From: an uncultured Christensenella sp.
Lineage (GTDB): Bacteria > Bacillota > Clostridia > Christensenellales > UBA1242
Length of the DNA: 64,000 bases
Direction of reading: 5' to 3'
Assembly: GCA_964573405.1 (NCBI GenBank)
Contig: CAZNJK010000005.1
Coordinates: 1,430-65,429 of the forward strand
Shown piece after piece: positions 47,912-58,713 of this stretch. Positions within the stretch are counted from its first letter, which is position 1; each line of letters starts with the position of its first letter. Under the pieces are notes generated by a model. That model had not been told where the DNA came from and made no database searches. It saw only the letters and a program-made list of their open reading frames with translations. A program made the translations under genes and the position numbers.

Positions 47912-49252
47912 ATGGCAGTATTTAAGGGACTAAGTGACAAACTTAATCATATATTTTCAAAAATTACCAAGCATGGTACACTTACTGAACTTGAAATAAA
48001 GAATGCTATGCGAGAGATTCGTGTTGCGCTATTGGAAGCCGATGTCAATTTTCTTGTAGTTAAGGATTTGGTCAATAGGATTAGTGAAAAGTGCAGGGGT
48101 GAGCGGGTTATGAAAAGCCTTACCCCTGGTCAGCAAGTAATTAAGATTGTTAATGAAGAACTTACCGCGCTTATGGGCAGTACAAATAGCAAACTAGAAG
48201 TTAGCAGTAAGCCACCCACAGTAATATTGATGTGTGGTCTTCAAGGTGCGGGCAAAACCACAATGTGTGGAAAACTTGCAAAATATCTAAAAAAGCAAGG
48301 CAAAAAACCTCTTCTAGTAGCGTGCGATATCTATAGACCGGCAGCGATTAATCAGTTAAAGGTTGTTGGCAAGAGTGTTGATGTTGAAGTGTATGATGAA
48401 GGGGCTTCAAACCCTTCAAAGACAAGCACAAACGCCATAAAATATGCCGACAAAAAAGGCTACGATACCGTAATTATTGATACCGCCGGTAGGCTTCATA
48501 TCAATGATGAACTTATGGACGAACTTAACGACATCAAAAAAGCCACTTCACCTACAGAGATTTTGTTGGTTGTTGATAGTATGACGGGTCAAGATGCGGT
48601 CAATGTTGCAAGCAGTTTTAATGACAAACTCGACATTACCGGTGTAATTCTCACCAAATTGGATGGCGACACCCGTGGTGGGGCAGCACTTAGCATAAAG
48701 GCGGTTGTCAATAAGCCAATTAAGTTTTGCGGAGTTGGAGAGAAGATGGACGACATCGAACCATTTTATCCCGACCGAATGGCGAGCCGAATTCTAGATA
48801 TGGGCGATGTGCTTACTTTAATTGAAAAAGCACAAGAAACCATCAACGAAGAAGAAGCCAAGAAATTAGAGAAAAAGTTGAGAGAAAATGCGTTTACATT
48901 GGACGACTATCTAGTCCAGTTCAATCAACTAAAGAAAATTGGGAATATAGGCGATATCCTAAATATGATTCCCGGTGCCGGCAAACTAAAACTCAACGAG
49001 TATTCGGTAGACGAAAAGACTTTAGAGAAAAATAAATGCATTATCCTAAGTATGACCAAAGAAGAAAGGGAAAATCCAGATATTATAAAAGGTAGCCGAA
49101 AAAAACGCATCGCTATGGGTAGCGGAACAACTATCCAAGATGTAAATATCCTACTAAAACAATTTTTCCAAGCCAAAGAGATGATGAAAATGCTCAATGG
49201 CAAGAAGAAAGGCGGTTTTGGTGGATTTGGTGGTATGAAAATGCCGTTTTAA
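47912..49252 (+). CDS. ffh: Signal recognition particle protein Ffh
   Basis: GLQGAGKTT, DTAGR, TKLDGDTRGGAALS, and a Met-rich M domain. Confidence 0.97.
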   Translation: MAVFKGLSDKLNHIFSKITKHGTLTELEIKNAMREIRVALLEADVNFLVVKDLVNRISEKCRGERVMKSLTPGQQVIKIVNEELTALMGSTNSKLEVSSKPPTVILMCGLQGAGKTTMCGKLAKYLKKQGKKPLLVACDIYRPAAINQLKVVGKSVDVEVYDEGASNPSKTSTNAIKYADKKGYDTVIIDTAGRLHINDELMDELNDIKKATSPTEILLVVDSMTGQDAVNVASSFNDKLDITGVILTKLDGDTRGGAALSIKAVVNKPIKFCGVGEKMDDIEPFYPDRMASRILDMGDVLTLIEKAQETINEEEAKKLEKKLRENAFTLDDYLVQFNQLKKIGNIGDILNMIPGAGKLKLNEYSVDEKTLEKNKCIILSMTKEERENPDIIKGSRKKRIAMGSGTTIQDVNILLKQFFQAKEMMKMLNGKKKGGFGGFGGMKMPF

Positions 49253-49337
49253 TTAGTTTTTAGCAAATTTTTTCTAGCAAAAGCTTCATAAAAATTTGAA
49301 AATATATAAAAAAATTTACAAAAAGGAGAAAAATATT

Positions 49338-49631
49338 ATGGCAGTTAAAATCAGACTTACAAGACTTGGAGACAAAAAGTCACCTTTCTATCGTGTAGTT
49401 GTTACCGATTCAAGAAAGGCAAGAGATGGAGAATATATTGAAAAACTTGGTACATTCAATCCACTTACAACTCCAGCAGAAGTTGTTTTGAACGAAGAAA
49501 GAACCAAATATTGGCTTTCAACTGGTGCTCAACCAACTGAAACAGCAAGAACAATCCTAGTAAACAAGGGATTACTTCAACCTGCTAAGCGTGCACCTAA
49601 GACCGACAAAAAGAAAAAAGAAAATAAATAA
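49338..49631 (+). CDS. rpsP: 30S ribosomal protein S16
   Basis: MAVKIRLTRLGDKKSPFYRVVV. The ATG at 49338 follows AAAGGAGAA. Confidence 0.95.
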   Translation: MAVKIRLTRLGDKKSPFYRVVVTDSRKARDGEYIEKLGTFNPLTTPAEVVLNEERTKYWLSTGAQPTETARTILVNKGLLQPAKRAPKTDKKKKENK

Positions 49632-49645
49632 TTAGGAGTTGGTCA

Positions 49646-49882
49646 ATGGAAGAATTAGTAAGATTTATCGTATCGAAATTGGCGGATGACTCAAGCGAAT
49701 TTGACATCACAACCGTCAAAGAAAGCGAAAAGACCACCATTATCAAAATTCAAGCCGACAAGCAAAATATCGGCAAGGTGATAGGTCACAACGGGAAAAT
49801 TGCAAATGCTATTAGAGTGCTTGTGAAAAGCATTTCGCTAAAAGACAATACTCGATACATCGTAAAAATCTCAGAGAAATAA
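49646..49882 (+). CDS. KH-domain RNA-binding protein (YlqC, UPF0109)
   Basis: GKVIGHNGKIANAIRVL KH GXXG motif. Position after rpsP. Confidence 0.85.
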   Translation: MEELVRFIVSKLADDSSEFDITTVKESEKTTIIKIQADKQNIGKVIGHNGKIANAIRVLVKSISLKDNTRYIVKISEK

Positions 49883-49890
49883 TCAATTAA

Positions 49891-49936
49891 AAAAAACAAT
49901 GTCTACTTAAATTAAGGGCATTGTTTTTTGTTTTTT
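49891..49936 (+). terminator. Intrinsic terminator after the KH-domain gene
   Basis: Stem AAACAATG / CATTGTTT with a long loop, then T-runs. Confidence 0.6.
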
Positions 49937-50104
49937 AGATTTATTGAATAATAATTTTTGAAAATTTGTCGCAATCAATCAAATTTATTTTAAAAACAAT
50001 CAAATTAAAAATAATTAAATTTATTGAAAATGGTCAATTTGTATGGCAATATTCAAAATTTTATGTTATCATATATACAATATCAAATTAAAAGAGAGAT
50101 TATT

Positions 50105-50593
50105 ATGGAACAAATAGGAATTATTACAAAACCGCAAGGAATCAATGGAGAATTTCGTGCTAGAATGAACATTTCAAAAAGTGAAATTAGTGAATTGAAG
50201 GAAATTTCTATCAATCACACAATGTATAAAGTGAAAAAAGTCACATTTAGAGAAGGATTTGTCATATTTTCAGTAGATGGCATTACCGATTGCAATCAAG
50301 TTGAGAGGCTAAGAAACACGCCGATTTTTGCCGAAATTAATCATGACTTAGAAGAAGGAGAAGTCTTGATAAGTGACATTATCGGCTTTGATGTAGTGCT
50401 TTCCGACGGCCAAAAATTAGGCACGCTTACATCGATTGACGACTACGGCGCAAGCCAAATATATACTGTAAAATCGGGTGGCAAGGAGATTATGTTCCCT
50501 AATGCTAGGGGGGTAATTCTTGACTTCAATATGGCCGATAAAAAAATAGTTCTTGATAAAAATATTCTAGAAGAAATAAGGACCGATAACTAA
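50105..50593 (+). CDS. rimM: 16S rRNA processing protein RimM
   Basis: MEQIGIITKPQGINGEF N-terminus and a PRC barrel C-terminus. The ATG is at 50105. Confidence 0.88.
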   Translation: MEQIGIITKPQGINGEFRARMNISKSEISELKEISINHTMYKVKKVTFREGFVIFSVDGITDCNQVERLRNTPIFAEINHDLEEGEVLISDIIGFDVVLSDGQKLGTLTSIDDYGASQIYTVKSGGKEIMFPNARGVILDFNMADKKIVLDKNILEEIRTDN

Positions 50594-51279
50594 TGAAAAT
50601 TGATATTTTAACACTTTTCCCAGAGATGTTTATGCCACTTAAAACCAGTTTAATAGGTCGAGCAGTGGAGAACAATCGAGTGGAAATTAACCTAGTCGAT
50701 ATAAGAGATTTTACGCTCAATAAACACAAAAAAGTCGATGATTATCCATATGGCGGTGGCGACGGAATGGTCCTTACTCCACAACCACTATACGACGCAA
50801 TTATGAGTGTAAAAAAAGACGATTCCCATGTGGTGTATTTGTCGCCAAAGGGGAGAGTTCTTAACCAATCAATCGTCCAAGAATTTGCCACAAATTACGA
50901 GCACTTAGTACTTGTATGCGGGCATTATGAAGGCATTGACGAACGAATAATTAAACTTTGCATCGACGAGCAGATTAGCATAGGCGATTTTGTCCTTACT
51001 GGCGGAGAAATCCCCGCAATGGCACTCACCGACGCAATATTAAGATATGTGCCTAATGTTTTGCACAACGACCACAGTATGGTAGACGAGAGTTTTTCTG
51101 ATGGTCTTTTAGAGTATCCGCAATACACACACCCTCGTGAATTTATGGGGCTTACAGTCCCTGAAGTGCTTGTCAATGGCAATCATAAAGAAATCAAAAA
51201 ATGGCAGGACGAACAAAAGATATTGGAAACAAAAAAATATCGTCCCGACCTAATTGACAAACTAAAAAAATCGGAGTAA
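50593..51279 (+). CDS. trmD: tRNA (guanine37-N1)-methyltransferase TrmD
   Basis: DILTLFPEMF, YGGGDGMVL, CGHYEGIDERI, SIGDFVLTGGE motifs. Confidence 0.96.
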   Translation: MKIDILTLFPEMFMPLKTSLIGRAVENNRVEINLVDIRDFTLNKHKKVDDYPYGGGDGMVLTPQPLYDAIMSVKKDDSHVVYLSPKGRVLNQSIVQEFATNYEHLVLVCGHYEGIDERIIKLCIDEQISIGDFVLTGGEIPAMALTDAILRYVPNVLHNDHSMVDESFSDGLLEYPQYTHPREFMGLTVPEVLVNGNHKEIKKWQDEQKILETKKYRPDLIDKLKKSE

Positions 51280-52176
51280 ATGATGATAATTCAATGGTAT
51301 CCGGGGCATATGAACAAGGCCCTAAAAATAATGGAAAACGACATCAAAGTCGTTGATGCGATTATATATGTCCTAGATAGTCGCGCACCTTTTTCGTGCG
51401 TCAACCCGAAGTTTACGGACATTGTGAAAGATAAGCCAATAATATATGTTTTCAATAAGTCCGATATGGCAGACCCACAAAAAGTGAGCGACTGGATGAA
51501 GTATTTTTCAAAGCCAAATACCAAATGTATAGCCCTAAATAGCACATCAAGTGGCAGTGGCAAAAAAATAGAGCAAGCCATAAGAGAACTATTAAAATCC
51601 AAAATCGAGAAATACGACAAAAAAAGCATTACTCTAATTTTGCGGGCAATGATAATAGGCGTCCCAAATAGCGGGAAGAGTACGCTAGCAAACAATCTAT
51701 GTGGCAAAGCAAAAGCCACCACCGGCAACAAGGCGGGAGTTACTCGCACGAAGCAGTGGGTGAAGTTGTCGAGCGGAATTGAAGTGCTCGATACCCCAGG
51801 CACTCTTTGGCCAGCCTTTAACAACAACCAAGTTGCCAAACACCTAGCGTATATAGGTTCAATAAAGGAAGAAGTTCTCGACATTCCCGAACTTAGCCTT
51901 GATTTTATATCCGACATCTTAAAAATAGATAAGTCGTGTTTGGAAAATCGCTATAACATCACCATAGACGACACCGACGAGCCTATAAACATACTCGACA
52001 AGATTTGCGAGTCAAGGAAGTATGTTCTTAGGGGTGGAGATATTGACTACGATAGGGGTAGTGTAGCATTAATAAACGACTTCAAATCAGGGAAGTTGGG
52101 CAATATCACTCTAGAAACAACCAAAGACATTAAAAGACTGACAAAACGAGATAGAGTCATAAAAAAGGAAGACTAA
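51280..52176 (+). CDS. rbgA: Ribosome biogenesis GTPase A (RbgA/YlqF)
   Basis: IQWYPGHMNKA and circularly permuted G motifs (NKSD ... GVPNSGKST ... DTPG). Confidence 0.9.
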   Translation: MMIIQWYPGHMNKALKIMENDIKVVDAIIYVLDSRAPFSCVNPKFTDIVKDKPIIYVFNKSDMADPQKVSDWMKYFSKPNTKCIALNSTSSGSGKKIEQAIRELLKSKIEKYDKKSITLILRAMIIGVPNSGKSTLANNLCGKAKATTGNKAGVTRTKQWVKLSSGIEVLDTPGTLWPAFNNNQVAKHLAYIGSIKEEVLDIPELSLDFISDILKIDKSCLENRYNITIDDTDEPINILDKICESRKYVLRGGDIDYDRGSVALINDFKSGKLGNITLETTKDIKRLTKRDRVIKKED

Positions 52177-52195
52177 GTATTTAGCGAGTGAATGT

Positions 52196-52786
52196 ATGTT
52201 AGATTACGAAAGAAAATATTACGATAAAGGCGTAGTTTTGGTGGCTGGCGTTGACGAAGCCGGAAGGGGCCCGCTTGCTGGACCGGTATGTGTGGCAAGC
52301 GTAATAATGCCCACCGAACCAATTATCGAAGGGATTAACGATAGCAAAAAGTTGACCGAAAAGAAAAGGGACGCGTTGTACGAGCAAATTATCAATACTG
52401 CACTAAGTTATCACATCGAACTTATAGACAACAAGACGATTGACGAACTTAACATCCTAAATGCGACAAAATTGGGAATGAAAAAGTGTATTGAAGGGCT
52501 CGATATCGTCCCCGAAATCGCGATAATTGATGCCGTTAAAATAAATACAAATATCCCGACCGATAGCATAATTAAGGGCGATGCGGTGAGTTATAATGTT
52601 GCTTCCGCTAGCATTTTGGCGAAAGTGACGAGAGATAGACTAATGATAGAACTTGACTCAAAATATCCCGAGTACAACTTTAAAAAACACAAAGGCTATG
52701 GCACAAAAGAGCACATTGAAGCGCTAAAAAAATATGGCAAATGCGATATTCATCGCGATTCGTTTATTGGCCATTTTGTGGGGTAA
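52196..52786 (+). CDS. rnhB: Ribonuclease HII
   Basis: VAGVDEAGRGPLAGPV, DSKKL and ASILAKV motifs. Confidence 0.93.
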   Translation: MLDYERKYYDKGVVLVAGVDEAGRGPLAGPVCVASVIMPTEPIIEGINDSKKLTEKKRDALYEQIINTALSYHIELIDNKTIDELNILNATKLGMKKCIEGLDIVPEIAIIDAVKINTNIPTDSIIKGDAVSYNVASASILAKVTRDRLMIELDSKYPEYNFKKHKGYGTKEHIEALKKYGKCDIHRDSFIGHFVG

Positions 52787-52789
52787 TAT

Positions 52790-53128
52790 ATGGCAAAAGA
52801 ACTAGGAATACAGGGCGAAGTAACCGCAAAAGAATATCTTGAAAATTTAGGCTATAAGATTGTTGCAACAAATTACAAAAATAAGATCGGAGAAATCGAC
52901 ATCATTTGCAAAGATAAAGATGTGCTTGTGTTTGTAGAAGTTAAAACCCGCCAAAGCATAAAATTTGGCTATCCTAGAGAAGCGGTTAATTATTACAAAC
53001 AGCAAAAGATTAGAAATGTAGCATCGGGATATTTAAAGTTTAAGGGGCTGTATGAAAAAGTGGCGGTCAGATTTGATGTTATTGATATTGTAGGCGAAAA
53101 AATTACTCACATAAAAAATGCTTTTTAA
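52790..53128 (+). CDS. yraN: YraN family (UPF0102) endonuclease-like protein
   Basis: GEIDIICKDKDVLVFVEVKTR, a PD-(D/E)xK-like core. Confidence 0.85.
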   Translation: MAKELGIQGEVTAKEYLENLGYKIVATNYKNKIGEIDIICKDKDVLVFVEVKTRQSIKFGYPREAVNYYKQQKIRNVASGYLKFKGLYEKVAVRFDVIDIVGEKITHIKNAF

Positions 53129-53286
53129 CTTATATTTTTGGTTCAAATCTCATAAAATATAATGTAAAAATGTAATTCTAAAGAATTTATTGTTATGAAA
53201 TAATATATATAATTCACCTACTTTAGGTTGATTTTTCGACAAAAAATTAAAAAATTAGTTATTTATTTAAAATTTTACAAAAAACA

Positions 53287-53315
53287 CTTGATTATTTCTC
53301 CAAGTTGTGATAGTA
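53287..53315 (+). promoter_or_regulatory. Promoter of rplS
   Basis: TTGATT (53287-53292), 17-nt spacer ending in TGa, TAGTAT (53310-53315). Confidence 0.5.
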
Positions 53316-53391
53316 TATCGTAGTGACTTCGGACGGTCCGCTGTGATTATTATTGCATGAACGTCAAGTATATTATAGGAGGTAAAGTCAG

Positions 53392-53733
53392 ATGACACTT
53401 ATTCAAGCATTAGAAAGAGAAAATTTAAAACCTGAAGTTCCAGAATTTAATGTTGGTGATACTGTTAAAGTATACAACAAAATCGTTGAAGGGGACAAAG
53501 AAAGAATTCAAATATTTGAAGGCGTTGTTATTTCAAGAAAGAATAGTAGCGTTAGAGAAACTTTCACTGTAAGAAGAATTTCATTCGGTGTTGGCGTTGA
53601 AAAAACTTTCCCTATCCACTCACCAAGAGTTGATAAGATTGAAGTGGTTAAGAAAGGTAAAGTTCGTAGAGCAAAATTGTACTACCTACGCAATCGTACC
53701 GGTAAGGCTGCTAACATCAAAGAAGCAAAATAG
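53392..53733 (+). CDS. rplS: 50S ribosomal protein L19
   Basis: [29 protein letters not shown]...RRAKLYYLR. Confidence 0.96.
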   Translation: MTLIQALERENLKPEVPEFNVGDTVKVYNKIVEGDKERIQIFEGVVISRKNSSVRETFTVRRISFGVGVEKTFPIHSPRVDKIEVVKKGKVRRAKLYYLRNRTGKAANIKEAK

Positions 53734-53740
53734 TAATTTT

Positions 53741-53771
53741 AAAAGTATGTGGTTATTCACATACTTTTTTT
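53741..53771 (+). terminator. Intrinsic terminator after rplS
   Basis: Stem GTATGTG / CACATAC with a 6-nt loop, A-run before and T7 run after. Confidence 0.8.
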
Positions 53772-53961
53772 GTTTGAAAAAATAGAGAATATATGACTCA
53801 AAAATTTATGTGCTTTTTATACAAAAATTTACAATTATAATTAGTAATATAATAAAGTATATTATATTACATAAGAACAATTTAAAAAATATAACGAGAT
53901 TTAGTTGAATATTTTTTTTAGGTAGTTTATAATCAAAAAAAATGTGCAAAGGGGATAACAA

Positions 53962-55494
53962 ATGTTATCAATCATTAAAAGTTATGGATTGACTGGAATT
54001 AACGGATATCTAGTTAAAGCTGAAATTGACATCAATCAAGGGCTTCCGTCGTACGACATCGTCGGGCTTGTAGGTACGGCAATTAAAGAGAGCAAAGAAA
54101 GGGTAAAAAGTGCTATCAAAAATAGCGGTTTTCAGTACCCAATTCTTAAATTAACCATCAACCTTGCCCCAGCAGATACGAAAAAAGATGGCCCGATATA
54201 TGATTTGGCAATTGCAATGGGAATCCTTTCAGCAAGCGAGCAAGTTAGCGTGGAGCGAGTGAAAGATTATATATTTCTAGGCGAATTGTCACTAGATGGC
54301 GGAGTAAGAAAAATTAATGGTGTTCTTCCTATCCTTATTGCGGCAAGGCAGTCAGGGTACACCAAAATTATAATTCCTAAAGAAAACGAACGAGAAGCGA
54401 GTTTTATAGACGGGCTAGAAGTATATGCCGTAAGCACGCTTAAGGAAGCGGTTGATTTTCTTAATGGCGAACTTGAAATTGTTCCCGTAAAACTAAATAC
54501 TTTTATTGACGCGAAAAAAAGCAACAAAAAGTCGCTAGACTTTAAGTATGTTAAAGGGCAAGCAAAGGCAAAGCGTGCGCTTGAGATTGCCGCTGCTGGT
54601 GGACACAATGTGCTTATGATTGGACCGCCGGGTAGCGGAAAAACTATGCTAGCGAAGTGCTTCCCAGGAATTTTGCCCGAACTTACTTTCCAAGAAGCAT
54701 TGGAAGTAACCAAGATTCATAGTGTTGCGGGAGTGCTGGACCACGAAGAAGGAATAGTCACATCTAGGCCATTTAGGTCACCCCACCACACTACAACAAC
54801 CCTTGCACTTACCGGCGGTGGCAGACTAGCAAAACCGGGTGAAATAAGCCTAGCGCACAACGGGGTTTTGTTCCTTGACGAAATGCCCGAATACAATCGC
54901 AATAGCATAGAAACCCTAAGACAACCGCTTGAAGATGGCGTAATAACCATAAGTAGAGTGGAAGCGTCTGTGGAATATCCCGCTAATTTTACACTTATAG
55001 CGAGTATGAACCCTTGCCCTTGCGGATATTATGGAAGCAAGGATAGAGAGTGTAAGTGCACTCCACAGCAAATAAATAAATACTTAAATAAATTGTCAGG
55101 CCCATTAATGGATAGGATTGATATCCATATAGAAGTGGACAATGTTACATATGATGACTTAAGAAGCACAACCACCGAAGAGCCTACCGAGAGCATAAAA
55201 AGAAGAGTAGATATTGCCCGTGAAATCCAATTGAAAAGGTTTGCGGATACGGGAATATATAGCAATGCGAAGATGAATGACCAACAACTTAAAGAGTATT
55301 GTAAGTTGGACGAATACAGTGACATCATATTGCGTTCGGCATTTGAAAAGTTAAAACTTAGTGCCAGAGCATACAATAGGATTTTGAAAGTCGCCCGCAC
55401 AATAGCCGATTTGGACGGGAGCGAATACATTACCGACGACCATGTGATGGAAGCAATATCATATAGAACACTCGACAAAAAATATTGGGATTAA
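53962..55494 (+). CDS. YifB/ComM family Mg-chelatase-like AAA+ ATPase
   Basis: N-terminal Lon-like domain, Walker A GPPGSGKTM, Walker B VLFLDEM. Confidence 0.92.
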   Translation: MLSIIKSYGLTGINGYLVKAEIDINQGLPSYDIVGLVGTAIKESKERVKSAIKNSGFQYPILKLTINLAPADTKKDGPIYDLAIAMGILSASEQVSVERVKDYIFLGELSLDGGVRKINGVLPILIAARQSGYTKIIIPKENEREASFIDGLEVYAVSTLKEAVDFLNGELEIVPVKLNTFIDAKKSNKKSLDFKYVKGQAKAKRALEIAAAGGHNVLMIGPPGSGKTMLAKCFPGILPELTFQEALEVTKIHSVAGVLDHEEGIVTSRPFRSPHHTTTTLALTGGGRLAKPGEISLAHNGVLFLDEMPEYNRNSIETLRQPLEDGVITISRVEASVEYPANFTLIASMNPCPCGYYGSKDRECKCTPQQINKYLNKLSGPLMDRIDIHIEVDNVTYDDLRSTTTEEPTESIKRRVDIAREIQLKRFADTGIYSNAKMNDQQLKEYCKLDEYSDIILRSAFEKLKLSARAYNRILKVARTIADLDGSEYITDDHVMEAISYRTLDKKYWD

Positions 55495-55498
55495 GATT

Positions 55499-56584
55499 AT
55501 GTACAACGACGAAGAAAAGATTTTAATATGGCTTGACCTTTTTGAATTTTTAAGTCTTAAAAAGAAAATGGATATTGTAGAGCATTATCCTAAACTAACA
55601 GATTTTTGGAATAATTTTGAGAAAGATAGCCAATATTTGGAAAGTATGCTTGGCAAAGAAAATTATGCTAAAATGTTGTTTTCTTGGGACGAGAATTTTC
55701 TAAATAACTACATTAGAAATTACGACAATCTTGGAGTGAAAATCGTAACTTACAAAAGCGACAAGTATCCAAAACTCTTGAAAGAAACATTAAGCCCGCC
55801 AGTAGCACTATATTGCAAAGGTGATGTTGATTTGCTAAAAACTACTTGCATAGCCATTGTCGGAACAAGAAGAGCAAGCAAGTACGGAAAGGAAATTACC
55901 TACAAATTCGCTTTTGAAATTGCAAATGCGGGTTTGACTGTGGTTAGCGGTCTAGCCGACGGAGTAGATAGCCAAGCGCATAAAGCCACCTTGGACGCAA
56001 AAGGCAAAACTATTGCGGTTTTGGGGTCGGGAATTAACAATTGTTATCCCGCAACAAATCAACCGCTATATGATAGAATTCTTGATAACGGCGGATTGAT
56101 TGTGAGTGAGTATAAGCCCAACGACAAAGTTATGCCATATCACTTCCCCGCAAGGAATAGAATAATTGCCGGGCTTAGCAAAGGTGTTTTAATCACCGAA
56201 GCAACAGAGAAGAGCGGAAGTATGCACACCAAAGAATACGCACTAGAAAACAATCGTGATTTATATGTCGTTCCAGGTCGAATTACTGACATATATAGTA
56301 AAGGTTGTAATGCGGTTATAAAAAATTGCCAAGGTGTGATGTGCTTGTCGCCTGACGAAATCATTAATGCATACGGCAAGGAAATTTGCACCAATTCCGA
56401 AAGTGTAGTTATTCAAACTAATATGGACGAGCAAATAATCCTTGACATTTTGGATGTTAGTGAAGTCCATTATGACGAAATTTTGGAACGTAGCGGAATG
56501 GAAGCCAAAACCCTAAACACCTTGCTTATGCGAATGGAACTAAAAGGATTAATCAAAAAAGAAGCCAATTATTATAGCAAATAA
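55499..56584 (+). CDS. dprA: DNA processing protein DprA (Smf)
   Basis: IVGTRRAS, SGLADGVDS and FPARNRIIAG motifs. Confidence 0.9.
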   Translation: MYNDEEKILIWLDLFEFLSLKKKMDIVEHYPKLTDFWNNFEKDSQYLESMLGKENYAKMLFSWDENFLNNYIRNYDNLGVKIVTYKSDKYPKLLKETLSPPVALYCKGDVDLLKTTCIAIVGTRRASKYGKEITYKFAFEIANAGLTVVSGLADGVDSQAHKATLDAKGKTIAVLGSGINNCYPATNQPLYDRILDNGGLIVSEYKPNDKVMPYHFPARNRIIAGLSKGVLITEATEKSGSMHTKEYALENNRDLYVVPGRITDIYSKGCNAVIKNCQGVMCLSPDEIINAYGKEICTNSESVVIQTNMDEQIILDILDVSEVHYDEILERSGMEAKTLNTLLMRMELKGLIKKEANYYSK

Positions 56585-56595
56585 AAGGAGATATA

Positions 56596-58713
56596 ATGAA
56601 TTTAGTTATTATAGAAGGTCTTGGAAAAAGAGAAACTATAAAAAAATATCTTGGATCGGACTATGAAGTTGTTGCGACCAAGGGGCATGTAAGGGATTTG
56701 CCCGAGAAATCACTAGGCGTGAATGTGCTTGACAATTTTAAGCCACAATACGAGATAATGCCCGACAAAAAAGACATCGTGAAAATGCTTAAAGAAAAGA
56801 GTGCAAAAGCCGATAAAGTGTATCTTGCGACTGACCCCGATAGAGAAGGGGAAGCGATAAGTTGGCACTTAGCACATATTCTTGATATGGATATAAATTC
56901 TCCAATAAGAATAGCATTCAACGAAATTAGTAAAAATGCAGTCAACGAAGCACTTACTAAGCCTAGGGCGATAGACCAAAATCTAGTCGATGCTCAGCAA
57001 GCTAGAAGAGTACTTGATAGGCTAGTGGGTTATAAAATATCTCCAATTCTATGCAAGAAAATTCAGCCAAAGTTGTCTGCTGGTAGAGTTCAAAGTGCCA
57101 CACTAAAATTGGTTGTCGATAGAGAAAATGCTATTAGGAAATTTAAGCCCGAAGAATATTGGACCCTTGTTGCTAATTTGAAAAAAGGCGAAGTATTTAA
57201 ATCGACTTTAAGTAAATTTAAAGGCAAAAAGGCAAATATTAGTAACAAAGAGCAGATGGATAGTGCCCTTGAGTCACTAAAGGCTAACGATTTTAAAGTA
57301 AAAGAAGTTAAAAAGACTATTGCAAAATCGCACCCATCAGCACCATATACCACATCTAGTATGCAACAAGAAGCGATGAATAAATTAGGAATGACCCTTA
57401 AAAAAGTTACTTCTTGTGCACAAGAACTTTATGAAGGTGTTGAGATTGCTGGGGAAGGTAAAGTCGCACTAGTAACATATATCCGTACTGATAGTGTGCG
57501 TATTGCCCCTGGTGCCGTTACAATGGCTCGTGACTTTATTTTGAAGAATTTTGGCGAAAAATACCTACCAAAACAACCAAATGTATTCAAATCAAAGAAG
57601 TCCGCACAAGACGCCCACGAAGCGATAAGGCCTATCAATCTTGACCGTACACCAGAGAAGTTGAAAGGGTTGCTTAGTGCCGATAATTATAAATTATACA
57701 AACTTATTTACAACAAATTCCTAGCGTGTCAGATGGAAGACGCTACATTTAATTCGGTAGTTGCACTTATAGAAAATGGCGATTACGAATTTAAAGCGTC
57801 GGGCAAAACCCCTATATTTGACGGATACTTAAGAGTATTTGATGCTAATAAGAAGTCCAAAAATGAGCCTACCGAAGATGAAGAAAATAACGATAATATA
57901 AAACTTCCACCACTAGAAGAAGGTGATAAGTTGGATTTGGAAAATTTGGTTCCTACCCAAAAATTCACAAAGCCCGACCCACGATATACTGAATCAACCT
58001 TAGTTAAAGAAATGGAAGATAAAGGCATCGGCCGTCCCGCAACATATACGCCTACTGTGACCCTACTAAGCAGTCGAAAATATGTTGAAAAGGACGGGAA
58101 ATTTTTAAAACCAACCGAATTGGGCGAAAAAATCAACGAATTACTTGAAAAATACTTTAGTGATATTATAAATATTAAATTCACCGCTGAAATGGAAGAT
58201 AAACTTGATGAAGTTGCTATTAATGGTATTCCTTGGCAAGATTTTGTAAAGGATTTCTATGCTAGTTTTGTGAAGTTGCTAGCGGTGGCTGATAAGGATA
58301 GTGTAAAATACAAAATTCCACCAAAAGAAACCGATATCAAGTGCGACAAGTGTGGTCACCCTATGGTTATCCGTACTGGAAAATTTGGTGAGTTTTTGGC
58401 GTGCAGTAATTTCCCAGCATGCAAGAATGTTCAGCCGATGAGAAAAGATTGTGGAGTATGCCCAAAATGTGGAAAACCTGCAGTTGAAAAAAGAAGTAAA
58501 AAGGGTACAATCTTCTATGGCTGTAGCGATTATCCTAATTGCGACTTCGTAAGTTGGGAAATGCCACTTCAAGAGAAATGTCCTAAATGCGGAAGTTATT
58601 TGACGGGTAAAAAAATATACAATAATTTAAGAAAGAAATGTAGCAATCCTAATTGTGATTACTCTGTTTCTGTTAAAATTGAGGCAAAAACTAATGGCAA
58701 AAAAGAACAATAA
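56596..58713 (+). CDS. topA: DNA topoisomerase I
   Basis: TOPRIM (LVIIEGLGK...DPDREGE), catalytic region ITYIRTDS, and three C-terminal C4 zinc ribbons. Confidence 0.96.
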   Translation: MNLVIIEGLGKRETIKKYLGSDYEVVATKGHVRDLPEKSLGVNVLDNFKPQYEIMPDKKDIVKMLKEKSAKADKVYLATDPDREGEAISWHLAHILDMDINSPIRIAFNEISKNAVNEALTKPRAIDQNLVDAQQARRVLDRLVGYKISPILCKKIQPKLSAGRVQSATLKLVVDRENAIRKFKPEEYWTLVANLKKGEVFKSTLSKFKGKKANISNKEQMDSALESLKANDFKVKEVKKTIAKSHPSAPYTTSSMQQEAMNKLGMTLKKVTSCAQELYEGVEIAGEGKVALVTYIRTDSVRIAPGAVTMARDFILKNFGEKYLPKQPNVFKSKKSAQDAHEAIRPINLDRTPEKLKGLLSADNYKLYKLIYNKFLACQMEDATFNSVVALIENGDYEFKASGKTPIFDGYLRVFDANKKSKNEPTEDEENNDNIKLPPLEEGDKLDLENLVPTQKFTKPDPRYTESTLVKEMEDKGIGRPATYTPTVTLLSSRKYVEKDGKFLKPTELGEKINELLEKYFSDIINIKFTAEMEDKLDEVAINGIPWQDFVKDFYASFVKLLAVADKDSVKYKIPPKETDIKCDKCGHPMVIRTGKFGEFLACSNFPACKNVQPMRKDCGVCPKCGKPAVEKRSKKGTIFYGCSDYPNCDFVSWEMPLQEKCPKCGSYLTGKKIYNNLRKKCSNPNCDYSVSVKIEAKTNGKKEQ

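Noticed and set aside
53844-53870. 10-bp inverted repeat GTAATATAAT-7nt-ATTATATTAC upstream of yifB.
   Set aside because: It is composed almost entirely of A/T within an AT-rich spacer. Such palindromes are expected by chance and it does not recur in the window.
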